Shown here: piece by piece, positions 34,762 through 48,333 of the stretch
How positions within the stretch are numbered: position 1 is the first letter of the stretch
How the letters are laid out: the number at the start of each line of letters is the position of its first letter
Assembly (NCBI RefSeq): GCF_039654945.1
Contig: NW_027361875.1
Location: 9,052,001 to 9,116,000, forward strand
Direction of reading: 5' to 3'
From: Dendrobates tinctorius
Lineage: Eukaryota
Length of the DNA stretch: 64,000 bases
Notes under the pieces: model-generated
Told to the model about the DNA's origin: nothing
The model's database searches: none
Seen by the model: the letters and a program-made list of their open reading frames with translations, nothing else
Translations under genes and position numbers: made by a program

Positions 34762-35536
34762 CTGAAAAAGAGCGCAAAACAAACTTTTGAAACGTGACTT
34801 TGGCGCGTAAGTCGCCGACCTTGTGGCCGACCTCATCCTAGGGTCGAGTTTCGTTTCATGAAACCCGACTTTGCCAAAAGTCGGCGACTTTTGAAATTTT
34901 TCGACCCGTTTCGCTCAACTCTAGTGGAGATACAAACTTTTGATTGCCCGTTATTGCATTTTAATACAATGTCGGGGCGAACAAAAAAAGCAATTCTGGC
35001 GTTTTTACTTTTTTTTCTTGTTACGCCGTTTAGTAATCGGGTTAATCCTCTTTTTTATTGATAGATTGGGCTATTATGAACGTGGCAATAACAAATATGT
35101 GTACGTCTGATTCTATTTGTTTTATTTTTTATGAGGCGAAAGGGGGTGATTTGAACTTTTATTGTTTTTTGTTTTTTAAAACATTTTTTTAATTTTGGCA
35201 TGCTTCAATAGTCTCCATGGGAGACTAGAAGCTGCCATAACCTGATGATCAGATCGCCTGTATGAAGCAGAATTGCTGGCTTGCTATGAGTGCCAAAAAC
35301 TGGCATCTACAATCGTAGAGGTCTGCAGGAGACCTCTGGCTGTCATGACAACCCATCGGCGACCCACGATAAGGTGACGGGGTCACCGATGGGCTGATTT
35401 TCAACGCGAAGCGCACCCCTGGAGCCCACATCAAAGGGAGGCTGTCCGACATCGGCGTATTATTATGCACAATGTCGGAAAGAGGTTAAGAACTCTACAC
35501 CCACCATTAAAACGGGAGTTAGGAGGTTAATATGAA

Positions 35537-35930
35537 TATTATCCCTGTACTGTGACATCACTGTTTGCATTTAACATGTGCACATTATCCCTGTACTGTG
35601 ACATCGCTGTTTGCATTTAATATGTGTACATTATCCCTGTACTGTGACATCACTGTTTGCATTTAATATGTGTACATTATCCCTGTACTGTGACATCACT
35701 GTTTGCATTTTTCCAAATATAGTGACATCATTGTGTGCAAAATTCATCTCCTGTAACATTACTGTGAACATTATCCCTGTACTATGACATCACTGTGTGC
35801 ATTATTATGGTAAAATTTATATTAGCAAGATTGTTACACTCTGACATCGCTGTGTGCATTATTCCAGTGCTGTGACATTTATATAAGTGCTTTGCCTGTA
35901 CTGTGATAACTCTGTATGCATTATCTCTGT
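35537..35930. repeat. ATTATCCCTGTACTGTGACATCACTG minisatellite (46-bp units, then degenerate)
   Basis: Direct tandem units visible at 35537-35710, decaying afterwards. Confidence 0.85.
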
Positions 35931-37239
35931 GCATTAGTGATATAAGAAGAAGAATGAGATAGAAATAATCATGATACTTTCATGTATGCTGGAACCCATT
36001 CTACATTTTGCTAGGGAGCTCTTTGCTCCTCAGATAAAACTTTGAAATGTCAGCAGTGCCATGCTCCTCAGTCATATACATGAAGATGTATAATTATACC
36101 AGTAACTAATAACATTACAAATATGCATTATGGAAGAAACCTCATTTTCAATAAGTCACCTGTGCCATACCCCTGATAGAGGTAGAAGAGAACATTTTAT
36201 TTGCAGCTTTTGATCTTTAATTACTATAAATTAACAGCTGCCAGTTATATGGATGACGAAGTACATACATCTCTCCACTTGTGTATACATTGAAGTGAAG
36301 AGTTCTTCAATAGCATTCAGTCCGCTGTGACGGAGAATGAAGTTTTACCATCAAGATCTTCTGGGCTTCATTGATATTGTCAAGCAGGAAATGTCAATAT
36401 ATTGTCCTTCCTGCACTTCATGTCTAATTTCCTGCCCACTCCTCTTAGGACTCTCTTCTCATCTGACATTGTGAATAGAGTTACACTACAGATCATAAGA
36501 ATAGAAAAGAGGTTCTCCCTCTATATCTAATAATATTCAAAATTGCTACTTTTCTTTTGAAATCCATTCCATTCAGGGCCAGATTTCTATAGATATGATA
36601 TACTACAGGTTAGTATGATTGAATAGACGGGATTCCAGCTGCTAGGACCCCATCTATTAGCGACAGCAAAGAACCTGCTACTAGGAACCATCAATGTTCA
36701 CTGAAAACAATGAATGCCCATCAGTTTCAATAGTTAGCATACAAAGAAATTCAAGGAAAGCAGCAGATATGTGACTTAGGCCGGAGTCACACTTGCGATT
36801 GCAATGCCAGAAACTCGCGCGAGTCTCTTGCATCAATACTCGGCACTGCTGCCGACACTCGAGACCGGAGTGTGCCGCTGCATGTATTGTATGCATGTAA
36901 GATTGTATCCCCACCAAACTGTAGCACAAATGTACTGAGCATGACGACAAATATATAACTAAGAATTAGCCTGTGCAAGAACGTAGAGTCAAGAGTTACA
37001 GGAGCCAAAATACAGAACAACAATCTAACTACAATGTTAAACTAGTAGCTGTCAGAAAGTATAAATTTGGTACAAGAAGTCTCAAAGATATGGCGTACTA
37101 AGTTAAACACAAAGTAAATGATAATCTATAACACTAAAGCTAACAACTGATGGAGATCTTTAATGCATAAAACTCTTCACATCAATATTTGCTGTGACCA
37201 TCCTCTGTCTTCAAAACAGCATTAATCCCTCTAGGTACA

Positions 37240-38545
37240 TGTTATGAATGAGTCACCGTAGGAGGCAAAAACAGAAATACTAGCTAAGTCCAGAAAACCA
37301 GAGAAGTTGGCAGCTATCGGATTGCAGACCCCTGAACCTATCAACAACAACTAGCAGTAGCCGTGGGGGGTTCCTACGGTGCCCTAGACCCCTTGATCAC
37401 AGCCGGAGAACTAAATAGCCTAAAGACAGAAAGGGAAATCTAAACTGCCCCAGAGCAGACCCCAAAGCAATTGGCAGCCCCCAACATATAATGACGGTGA
37501 AGCAAGATGAAAAAACACTCACACAGAAAGAAAGATAGGCTGAGCAAATGATGGGGCCCAAGCTAACTAAATAGGACAGGATAGAAAAGCTGCTGTCTGC
37601 AATCCGCCAAAACCCTATCAAAACAAGAGCCAACAGGTTGATAAGGAAAAAAGCCCTGAAGACGCTAGGCTTCAAAAAGACTATATCAGTACTCAGGTTT
37701 TTTTCTGAAGACAGAGCAAAAAGGAATTCCGCTCACCCCAGCAGGGAATGGCAGAAATCCAGAAAAACAAGGCAAAAACAAAACCAAAATACAAATGCAA
37801 AAAGCAGAGCAGAACACTTAGCTTTTGAGGAGCAGGAATCAGACTGGTCTCCTAGAATCCCTCAGAGAGATCACCAGCAAGGCAGAAGGGCATCGGCTGC
37901 CTTATATCCAGTCAGCAATTCCCGTCACCCAGTCATCATCATCCTGCCCAGGTGCTTGGTAATCAGCCTCACTACCTTCCTTCACCAGAAGAGGGAGTTC
38001 ATCAGACCTCAATGGTGAAGGGGAAAATGAACTCACAACAGTACCTCCCCCTTGAGGAGGGGTCACCGAACCCTTATCCACGCCACCAGGGCGATCAGGG
38101 TGAGCCCGATGAAAGGCACGCACCAATCTTTTGGCATGAATATCAGAGGCAGAGACCCAGGAATTATCCTCCTGACCATAACCCTTCCACTTAACCAAAT
38201 ACTGGAGTCTCCGTCTAGCCAAACGGGAATCCAGTATCTTCTCTACCTCATATTCCATGTTACCTTCAACCAATACAGGGTCCGGAGGTGCCACCCCAGG
38301 AACTACTGGTTCAACAAACCTCTTCAATAAGGACTTATGAAACACATTATGGATTTTAAATGTGACTGGAAGAGCCAAACGAAAAGAGACCGGATTAATA
38401 ATCTCCAAAATCTTGTAAGGTCCAATAAATCTAGGCTTAAACTTAGGAGAAGCCACCTTCATAGCGATATTTTTTGATGATAACCAAACCATATCACCAA
38501 CCTTAAACTGGGGACCAATGGTCCTATGTCGGTTGCAACCAATGA
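37240..38545 (-). mobile_element. Truncated Gypsy chromovirus: integrase C-terminus/chromodomain, PPT and 3' LTR (37240..38040)
   Basis: ORF 37902..38684 includes FKPRFIGPY and YEVEKILDSR...YLVKWKGYGQEDNSW. PPT AAGGGGGAGGTAC abuts TGTTGTGAG; LTR ends CATAACA. Confidence 0.9.
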
Positions 38546-38754
38546 AATGCCTCCCTGATGGTATTGCCTGATTGATAGATAAATATCTGCTTGTATTTCG
38601 CAGTATTGAGGACATTGTTAATGTTGTCAAATCATCAACTCCATTTGCTGAAAGCAGCCCCAAACTTGTAAGGACTTCCACCATGATATATTTTTCCTGC
38701 AGATACTCATTACTGTACTGATATAGCGCCCATAGGAGACAAACTGCCTTCCGT

Positions 38755-39520
38755 TACAGTCTAATATTTTATATTTTGACTCATCAGTCCAGTGCACTGG
38801 TCGCCATTTATCTGCACCCCATTTGATATGTTTTTGTATGTAGTTGAAACCCTAGTCACCTGGCCTTGCTTCCATGTTAAATTTATGAGTTTTTGCCTGC
38901 AATCATTCCATGAAGACCACATCTGGCTAGCCTTTGAACAGTACATGGGTATAATTTGATCCCACTGGTTGCTGACAGTTCTGATGGCACTACTTGACAT
39001 CTTCCTATTTAAAAGGGAAGTAGGCATGATGTGTCACTCATCTGGTGCACTAAGCTTCCTTGGCTAACCTCAATGTTGCCCATTTATTGGTGTCCTCAAT
39101 GCTTATAAATACAGGCAGAAACTTATCCATCATGCAATATCAACAGGGAGGCATCTGGTTTGCTCAAAATTAATTTTGCGGCAGAACAATGACCCCAAAC
39201 ATACAGATAGTGTGACTTAGAACAGTAGTCCTGAAAGTGATTATACAGACCCACAGATTTTCACAGCATCAAGCCTGTTTGTAATTACATGAAGAGACAG
39301 AAGGATTTACACATGTCGGCATTTAAAGATCTGAGGTTAGTTTTCCAAGATGTTTGGAACAATTTCCTGCTGAATTCCTTTCAAAAGCTGTGTTCAACTG
39401 TATCTAAAAGAACTGATGATTTGTTGCTGGACACTCACACCAAATATTGATTTGATTTAGTTTTCTCTTTTGCTTATTCACTTTCTATTTTTTTCAATTG
39501 ATAAAAATAAACTTTTAATT
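38755..39520. mobile_element. Two degenerate Tc1 fragments in opposite orientations
   Basis: Minus-strand W..DES-like remnant near 38770-39030; plus-strand QNNDPKH and HTKY remnants at 39180-39450. Confidence 0.6.
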
Positions 39521-40819
39521 AACACTTCTGGTGAACTTTTATTTGGGAAGTCCTACCAATGAGAGACAGTCTTATTGTGAATGACAGAAGAATTGCAACT
39601 CAGGAATTACTGTTTTCTTCTCTCCAACCAAAATGACCAGCCTTGTGAAATCAATCGAAAAAGTATTGTTCATTTCATCTAAAGTAATTGTGACCTTTAG
39701 TTCTACTTCAATCCAAAAATTATTAATCTCCATTGTTATGAGATTACATGAGCTATCAGGAACCATATGGTCAAGCCTCAATTTTAATACCTTCACGGGA
39801 AGAAGACATTTTTAATAGTTTTACAACCCCGGCACCAAGCAGAGATAGATTTTATAGGTAATAGCAAACTCTACAAGATATTTAAATGCAAATCACAGCT
39901 TTTATGTTATGTTTTCAAGTGTCCTTCACAAGCAGCGGGTACAAGTAAAGCACCAGCAAAACAACTTTTACAATTTCTCTTGTGATTATTTTGCAATTGC
40001 TTTTTTCTTTTCGATTTTAATAAGAAAAACAATTTTCTGTTCTTCCTGTCACAAGTTCACTATTCTGAAATGCATGATTTTTTTTTTTTTACCATAAAAG
40101 CTTGATAAGTCTAATGCTGGATACCTCTGCAAAGTAACCATCATTCAAAACAAGGCACAATACCAAACTGGAAAAAAAATGTAAAAAATTCAGAGAAGTG
40201 TATGCAGAAATAAAAAACTCAGAAGTTACCATGGTCTACAAAGGATTGTAATACATTCTTCTAAATTCCACGGTTACCATACTAAGAGCAGTGCCATAAA
40301 GATGTGCATTCATTCCAGAATGAGCAGCACTGAAGAATTGTCCTTCTGTATGACATAACAAATCTGAGATTCTTTATTTGTATAGGTTTCTTTTTTCTCA
40401 TCCAATAGTTGCTGTGTAACTTTATATAGAAATTTGAAATCGTAAAGAATGAGAATGTTTTTGGCAAAATTGTAGAACTTTGAGTCCTAATGTATTGGTG
40501 AATATTTAATTTGGAGGTACAGTTTAAGAAAATCATTTAAAAATATTTAAAGAACACTAAAGGCAAAGATGTCTCAGAAGATTAAAAAGAAAATGATAGA
40601 CGAACATGTTAAAAGTAAAGGCTATCACACCATCTCCAAACAGCTTGATATTACTGTTACCACAGTTATACTTATTATTCAGAAGTTTAAGATCTGTAGA
40701 ACTGTAGTCAACCTCCCTGGAAGTAGCAGCAAGAGGAAAGTTGATGACAAACTGAAGAGACGGATAATGGCAACGGCAACCAAAGAGCCCAAAACAACTT
40801 CCAAAGAGATTAGTGGTGA

Positions 40820-41212
<393 letters not shown>

Positions 41213-41443
41213 TGAAATATGCTGCCCAGTGTCAAAAACCTTGGTCTGAGTCCTCCAACATAATTATGACCCAAAACAAAAAGATATAAACATCCAAGAA
41301 TTGCTAAGAAAAAAAACATTGGTGTCAGAGAAAACTGCCAGAGGGGTTGCGCAGTCCCCACCATTGTCACCACTTTGTCACAGATGACACCAGGGAGATC
41401 CCACTGCTGTCACCAGTTTGTCAGGGGAATGCTACTCCGCTGC

Positions 41444-42261
41444 TGTTGTGAGTTCATTTTTCCCTTCACCATTGAGGTCTGATGAACTCCCTCCTCTGGT
41501 GAAGGAAGGTAGTGAGGCTGATTACCAAACACCTGGGCAGCTAGATGATGACTGGGTGGCTGGAATTGAGGACTGGATATTAGGCAGCCGACGCTCTTCT
41601 GCCTTGCTGGTGATCCTGCTGGATTCTTGGAGACCAGTCTGATTCCTGCGTCTCAAAGCTAAGTTTTTCTGCTCTGCTTTGTACTCTTCAGTTTTGTTTT
41701 TGGTTTGCCTTGTTTTTTGGGAGTTCTGCCATCCCCGGCCGGGGGTGAGATGAATACCATTTTTGTCTCTGATCTGTTGATCTTTTACTCTGTCTTCAGA
41801 ATATACCTGAGAGCTGATGTAGTCTTTTGAAGCCTAGCGACTTCAGGGCCTGTTTTTCCTATCAGTCGGTTGGCTCATTTTGGATAGGGTTTTTGCGGAT
41901 GGCAGACAGCAGCTTTCCTATCCTGTCCTATTTAGTTAGCTTGGGCCCCATCATTTGCTCAACCTATCTTTCTATCTGTGTTAGTGTTTTCATCTTGCTT
42001 CACCGTCATTATATGTTGGGGGCTGCCTATTGCTTTGGGGTCTGCTCTGGGGCAGTTTAGTTTTTCCCCTTTCTGTCTTTAGGCTATGTAGTTCTCCGGC
42101 TGTGATCGAGGGGTCTAGGGCACCGTAGGAACCCCCCACGGCTACTGCTAGTTGTTGTGGATAGGTTCAGGGGTCTGCAATCCGATAGCTGCCAACCTCT
42201 CTGGTTTTTCTGGACTTAGCTAGTATTTTGTTTTTTCCTCCTTCGGTGACTCATCATAACA
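41444..42261 (+). mobile_element. Solo LTR of the 37240 Gypsy family, opposite orientation
   Basis: TGTTGTGAG...CATAACA flanked by direct repeat CGCTGC; colinear with the reverse complement of 37240..38040. Confidence 0.92.
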
Positions 42262-42614
42262 CGCTGCCTTCAATCATAAGGGCAATTACGCAATTGACTG
42301 ATGAGGGATGGATGCAGACACCGCTGTTTCCACTACCAGGCTGGTCATTGGGGCAGCTCACAGTGCGCATATGGTATATACACCTCCGATTCCAGCAAAT
42401 TGAATATATATTAATATAGTTTTGTATCATTTTGTATCATCTTTGTATATTTTCATAAATACTGTCTACCTTTTTAGATTAAATATATAAAATGTAATAG
42501 CTCTGTTCCTCTTGATCTGTAAGCCGCAGCCCTGAAGCCATACGCTACCTGTCACAGGTATTCAACTGGCCTGCATAAACGATTGGTGGTAGCAAGTGGA
42601 TCCTTTAATATATA

Positions 42615-44244
42615 CAGTGGATACAGAAAATATTCAGATCCCTTTAAATTATTCACTCTTTGTTTCATTGCAGCCATTTAGTAAATTCAAAAAAGTTCAT
42701 TTTTTTCTGATTATTGTACACTCTGCACCCCATCTTAACTGAAAAAAACAGAAATGTAGAAATTTTTGCAAATTTATTGAAAAATAAAAACTGAAATATC
42801 ACATTGTCATAACTATTCAGACCCTTTGCTCAGTATTGAGTAGAAGCACCCTTTTGAGCTAGTACAGGCATGAGTCTTCTTGGGAATGATGCAACAAGTT
42901 TTTTCACACCTGGATTTGGGGATCCTCTGCTATTCTTCCTTGCAGATCCTCTCCAGTTCCTTCAGGTTGGATGGTGAACGTTGGTGGACAGCCATTTTCA
43001 GGTCTCTCCAGAGATGCGCAATAGGGTTTAGGTCAGGACTCTGGCTAGGCCAGTCAAGAATGGTCACAGAGCTGTTCTGAAGCAACTCCTTTGTTATTTT
43101 AGCTGTGTGTTTAGGGTCACTGTCTTGTTGGAAGGTGAACCTTCGGCCAAGTCTGAGGTCCAGAGCACTCTGGAAGAGGTTTTCATCCAGGATATCTCTG
43201 TACTTGGCTGCATTCATGTTTCCTTCAATTGCAACCAGTCATCCTGTCCCTGCAGCTGAAAAACACCCCCATAGCATGATGCTGCCACCAACTTGTTTCA
43301 CTGTTGGGATTGTATTGGGCAGGTGATGAGCAGTGCCTGGTTTTCTCCACACATACCGCTTAGAATTATCACCAAAAAGTTCTATCTTTGTCTCATCAGA
43401 CCAGGGAATCTTATTTCTCATAGTTTGGGAGTCCTTCATGTGATTTTTACCAAATTCTATGCGGGCTTTCATATGTCTTGCACGTAGGAAAGGCTTCCGT
43501 CGGGCCACTCTGCCATAAAAGCCTGACTGGTGGAGGGCTGCAGTGATAGTTGACTTTGTGGTACTTTCTCCCATCTCCCTACTGCATCTGTGGAGCTCAA
43601 ACACAGTGATCTTGGGGTTCTTCTTTACCTCTCTCACCAAGGCTCTTCTCCCATGATTGCTCAGTTTGGCTGGATGGTCAAGTCTAGGATGACTTCTGGT
43701 GGTTCTAAACTTCTTCCATTTAAGGATTATGGAGGTTACGTGCTCTTAGGAACCTTGAGTACTGTAGAACTTCTTGTGTAACCTTGGCCAGAACTGTGCC
43801 ATGCCACAATCCTGTCTCTGAGCTCCTTGGCCAGTTCCTTTGACCTCATGATTCTCATTTTGTCTGACATGCACTGTGAGCTGTGAGGTCTTATATAGAC
43901 ACGTGTGTGCCTTTACAAATTAAGTCCTATCAGTTTAATTAAACACAGCTGGACTCCAATGAAGACGTAGAACCACCTCAAGTAGAATCTCAAGGAAATG
44001 GACATCATGTGACTTAAATATGAGTGTATGAGCAAAGGGTTTGAATACTTATGACCATGTGATATTTCAGTTTTTCTTCTTTAATAAATTTGCAAAATTC
44101 TCTACATTTGTTTTTTTCTGTCAAGATGGGGCGCAGAGTGTATATTAATGAGAAAAAAATGAACTTTTTGGAATTTTCCAAATGGCTGCAATGAAACAAA
44201 GAGTGAAACATTTAAAGGGGTTTGAATACTTTCTGTACCCACTG
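42615..44244 (-). mobile_element. Tc1 (DD34E family) transposon, full length, defective
   Basis: TA-flanked long TIRs CAGTGG(A/G)TACAGAAA; ORFs 43239..43640 and 42930..43217; catalytic E replaced by A (LNPIAH). Confidence 0.93.
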
Positions 44245-44252
44245 TATATATA

Positions 44253-45804
44253 CAGCTCTGGCAAAAATTAAGAGACCACTTCACAGTTTTATACAAATCA
44301 GCTTCTCTACATGTCTGACAGCTATTCCATTCCAGTGTCAGTTGAATTCCAACCAGAGTACACCTCATTTTACTTAATGTGATCACATGAACGAAATCTT
44401 ATTCAACGAAGGAAAGTATAAAAAACCTTGTTGTGGTGTTCCCAATCCTCTTGCAATAGGACAAGCTGATTGACAAAAGAAGTGCTAGTAATATCCCAAA
44501 AGTAACAGGAATGAAAAAATAACTTTTAACCATGCCAAAGGAGTTGAAAAGAAAAGTCTTGAGTGAGGAAAATAAGGGCTCAATTCTGGCTTTACTAGCA
44601 AAGGGATACAGTGAGCGTCATGTTGCCTCCATCCTTAAAATTTCTAACACGGCAGTCCACTACAACAAGGTCAAGCAGCAGACATTGGGGACAACAAAGC
44701 TACAGACAGGCTGAGGGCGAAAACAACTCTCTACTGACTGAGATGACCATCATCTTATTTGAATGTCACTCAGCAACCTCAGGATCAAGTGACCTACAAA
44801 AGGAATGGCAAATGGCAGCTGGGGTGAAGTGCACGGCAAAAACTCAAGTCATGTAAAGATAGATAAAAAGTCTATCATCAATGAGACGTAAAGGAGAGCC
44901 AGGCTGAAGTTTGTCAAAGACCATAAGGATTGGACCATAGAGGACTGGAGTAAGGTAATCTTCTCTTATGAGTCTAATTTTCAGCTTTGCCCAACACCTG
45001 GTTGTCTAATGGTTAGACGGAGACCTGGAAAGGCAAACAATCCACAGTGTCTTGCACCCAGTGTGAAATTTGGTGGAGGATTAGTGATGATCTGGGGATG
45101 CTTCAGCAAGGCTGGAATTGGGCAGGTTAATCTTTGTGAAGGACGTATGAATCAAGCCGCATACAAGGTTATCCTGGAAAAACAGTTGATTCCTTCTGCT
45201 CAGGAAATGTTCCCCAACTCTGAGGACTGTTTTCTCCAGCAGGACAATGTGCCATGCCACACACTAGGTCAATCAATGTGTGGATGAAGGACCACCACAT
45301 CAAACCCCTGTCATGGCCAGCCCAATCTCCAGACCTGAACCCCATTGAAAACATCTGGAATGTAATGAAGGTGAAAATTATCAAACAAAGAAGAACTGCT
45401 TACATTTTTGTACCAGGAGTGGCATAAGGTCACCCAAAAGCAGTGTGAAAGATTGGTGGAAAGCATGCCAAGATGCATGAAAGCTGTGATTAAAAATCAT
45501 GGTTATTCCACAAAATATTGATTTCTGAACCCTTCCTGAATTAAAACATTAGTATTGTTGTTTCTAAATGATTATGAACTTGTTTTCTTAGCATTATTTG
45601 TGGTCTGCAAGCACTGCATGTTTTGTTCTTTTGACCATTTCTCATTTTCTGAAAATAAATACCAAATTTAGTGATTGGAAATTTGAAGACATGTCAGTAG
45701 TTTATAGAATAAAGGAGCAATTTACTGTTTGCTAAACATATACCTATAAAGAGAAAAATCAGACAAACTGAAAATTTTGCAGTTGTCTCTTAATTTTTTC
45801 CAGA

Positions 45805-45808
<4 letters not shown>
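44253..45808 (+). mobile_element. Tc1-like transposon, full length, defective
   Basis: TIRs CAGCTCTGGCAAAAATTAAGAGAC / GTCTCTTAATTTTTTCCAGATCTG with TA flanks; broken transposase (KFGGGLVMIWG, QDN, SPDLNPIE). Confidence 0.9.
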
Positions 45809-45848
<40 letters not shown>

Positions 45849-47057
45849 CTATATATATATGTACTATATACATACAGTATATATATACAGTATATTTATA
45901 AAAGGATCCACTTGCTACCACCACCAATCTTTTATACAGGCCAATTGGATACCTGTGGGCGTATGGCTTCAGGGCTGCGGTTTACAGAGCAAGAGGAACA
46001 GAGCTATTACATTTTATATATTTAAACTAGAAAGGTAGAAAATGATACAAATCATATATACACAGCACAAAACAATATGCAGTATGCAATTACATGAAAG
46101 TAAAAAGTTTTCTTACAGGGTGTGGCCAAAATATCTGTGGACAGGTGCAGAAATCCCATTGAGAGCTACAGAAATTGTTTCTTTGCAGTGATTGCCTCAA
46201 AAGGTTGTGCAACAAAGTATTAAGTTAAAGTACCATCATTATTGTCCAAGCCTTTTTCATTAGTGTTTAATTTATTTTACTGGTGAACCAACATTCAAAA
46301 GCGAAGTCTGATTGTCATTCATTAAATTTAATTAGAAAATGACTTTAGCTATTTCAAATTATTTCAGTGACCATGGTGGGTTCTTCTTACTTTAACAGAA
46401 CGTTGTCCATGTATGTACATCTTCTTTCAATTTTATCAGTTTTAAAGCTATGACACTATGAAATAATACAATGAGGGAAGTTAGGAGACAGGTAAAGGTA
46501 TGGCATCCCTCATGAATACACCAAGCTACTAAACACGAGTCCAGTGGATTGTGATAAATACTATTATTTTTTGTGATTTTTAGTATACCAATACTTCAGA
46601 CTTGAGGAACATTTTATGTAAAATAAAGTGTTTTATATTATTATGTAACAGCACTTTGTTATTTTCCTTTTTAATGCTCCTCTCCATATTAAACCTGCAA
46701 TTACATACCAACAAATTCTCCTGTACCAAGCAAGAATTACAAGGAAGCCTTCTGCAATCTGTATTGGAGAGAATCACCTATGTATGTGTACACATTGAGG
46801 AATTGCAGCAAATTTTTCTGAACTAAAAACAAGTGTGTGGGCAAGAAAAACACTGCAAAAATGCTTTGATGGTTCAAATCCACAAAGAAAAAATAAAGTC
46901 TGTGTATGAGATTTCAGAAATATCAGAAACTAGCTGAAGAGCCCGGCGCTGCCCGGGCATAGTAACTAACTATGGTTAGTTATAACAAATTATGATTATA
47001 TCTATATATAAAGCTGAGTGTATAGCCCAGCCTACTCCGCATAGCCACATTCACGAT

Positions 47058-47365
47058 AATATCCCACATCATCCCGTCAGCCAGAGCTACCGGACTACTA
47101 CCCCTAATATCCCACATCGTCCTGGCAGCCCGAGCCACTGCACTACTACCCCTAGTATCCCACATCATCCTGTCAAAGCCACTAGACTACTACCCCTAAT
47201 ATCCCACATTATCCTGTCAGCCAGAGCCACCGGAAAACTACCACTAATATCCCACATCATCCCGTCAGCCAGAGCCACCGGACTACTACCCCTAGTATCC
47301 CACTTCATCCCATCAGTCAGAGCCACCGGACTACTACCGCTAATATCCCACATCATCCCGTCAGC
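47058..47365. repeat. 48-bp tandem repeat (~6.5 units)
   Basis: Unit AATATCCCACATCATCCCGTCAGCCAGAGCCACCGGACTACTACCCCT. Confidence 0.9.
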
Positions 47366-48333
47366 CTGGGGTTAGAACCAGAGTGCTGAGTGGAGCGGTC
47401 CTAGCTTACATACCGGGAATCTCTTTAAGAGAGGCCTGGCATCAGAACCAGAGCGCTGAGAGATTTACCCTAAGTTCCATACCAGAGATCCCTTTAAGCG
47501 AGGCCTGGGGTCAGTACCAAAGTGTAGAGTGGATTTGCCCTCATTTCCATACCGGGGATCCCTTTAAGAGGGGCCTGGGGCCAGAATCAGAGCATAGAGT
47601 GAATTTGCCTTCACTTCCATACCGGGGATCCCTTTAAGAGGTGCCTGGGGTCAGAACCAGAGCGCTGAGTGGAATTGCCCTAACTTCCATACCAATGATC
47701 CCTTTAAGAGAACCTGGGATCACAACCAGAGCGCTGAATGGATTTGCCCTGACTTGCATACCAATGATTCCTTTAATAGAATCCTGGGGTCAGAATCAGA
47801 GCACTGAGGGATTTGCCCTAACTTCCATACAGGAAATCCCTTTAAGAGATCCTGGGGTCAGTACCAGAGCATTTGAAGACAATTGCCCTGACTTCCATAC
47901 CGTGGATCATGTTAAGAGAGCCTAGGGTCAGAACCAGAATGCTGAGTGGAATTGCCTTAACTTCCATACCGGGGATCCCTTTAAGAGAGGCCTAGGGTCA
48001 GAACCAAAGCGCTGGATGGATTTGCCCTGACTTCCATACCAATGATCGCTTTAATAGAAGCCTGGGGTCAGTACCAATGCAAAGAGTGGATTTGCCCTCA
48101 CTTCCGTACCAATGATCCCTTTAAGAGACCCTGGGGTCAGAACCACAGCGCTGAGTGGAACTGTCCTAACTTCCATACCGGGGATCCCTTTAATAGAGGC
48201 CTGGGGTCAAAACCAAAGCGCTATATGGATTTACCCTGACGTCCATACTAATGATCCCTTTAACAGAAACCTGGGGTCAGAATCAGAGCGCTTAGGGATT
48301 TGCCCTAACTTCCATACCGGAGATCCCTTTAAG
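47365..48333. repeat. 70-bp tandem repeat (~14 units)
   Basis: Unit CCTGGGGTCAGAACCAGAGCGCTGAGTGGA.TTGCCCTAACTTCCATACCGGGGATCCCTTTAAGAGAGG. Confidence 0.92.

Larger units (their letters stand above)
21260..34923 (-). mobile_element. Large hAT DNA transposon (13.66 kb including the nested Gypsy)
   Basis: TIRs TAGAGTTGAGCGA / TCGCTCAACTCTA; identical 8-bp TSD GTGGAGAT at 21252-21259 and 34924-34931; subterminal AAACCCGACTTT.CCAAAAGTCGG motifs at both ends; internal transposase. Confidence 0.96.
20770..35485. mobile_element. TTAA-flanked non-autonomous DNA element (piggyBac-like termini), host of the hAT insertion
   Basis: TTAA|CCCCCTAAGG start and GAAAGAGG|TTAA end. Halves 20770-21259 and 34932-35485 are colinear with the uninterrupted relative at 50827..51905. 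Confidence 0.8.
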
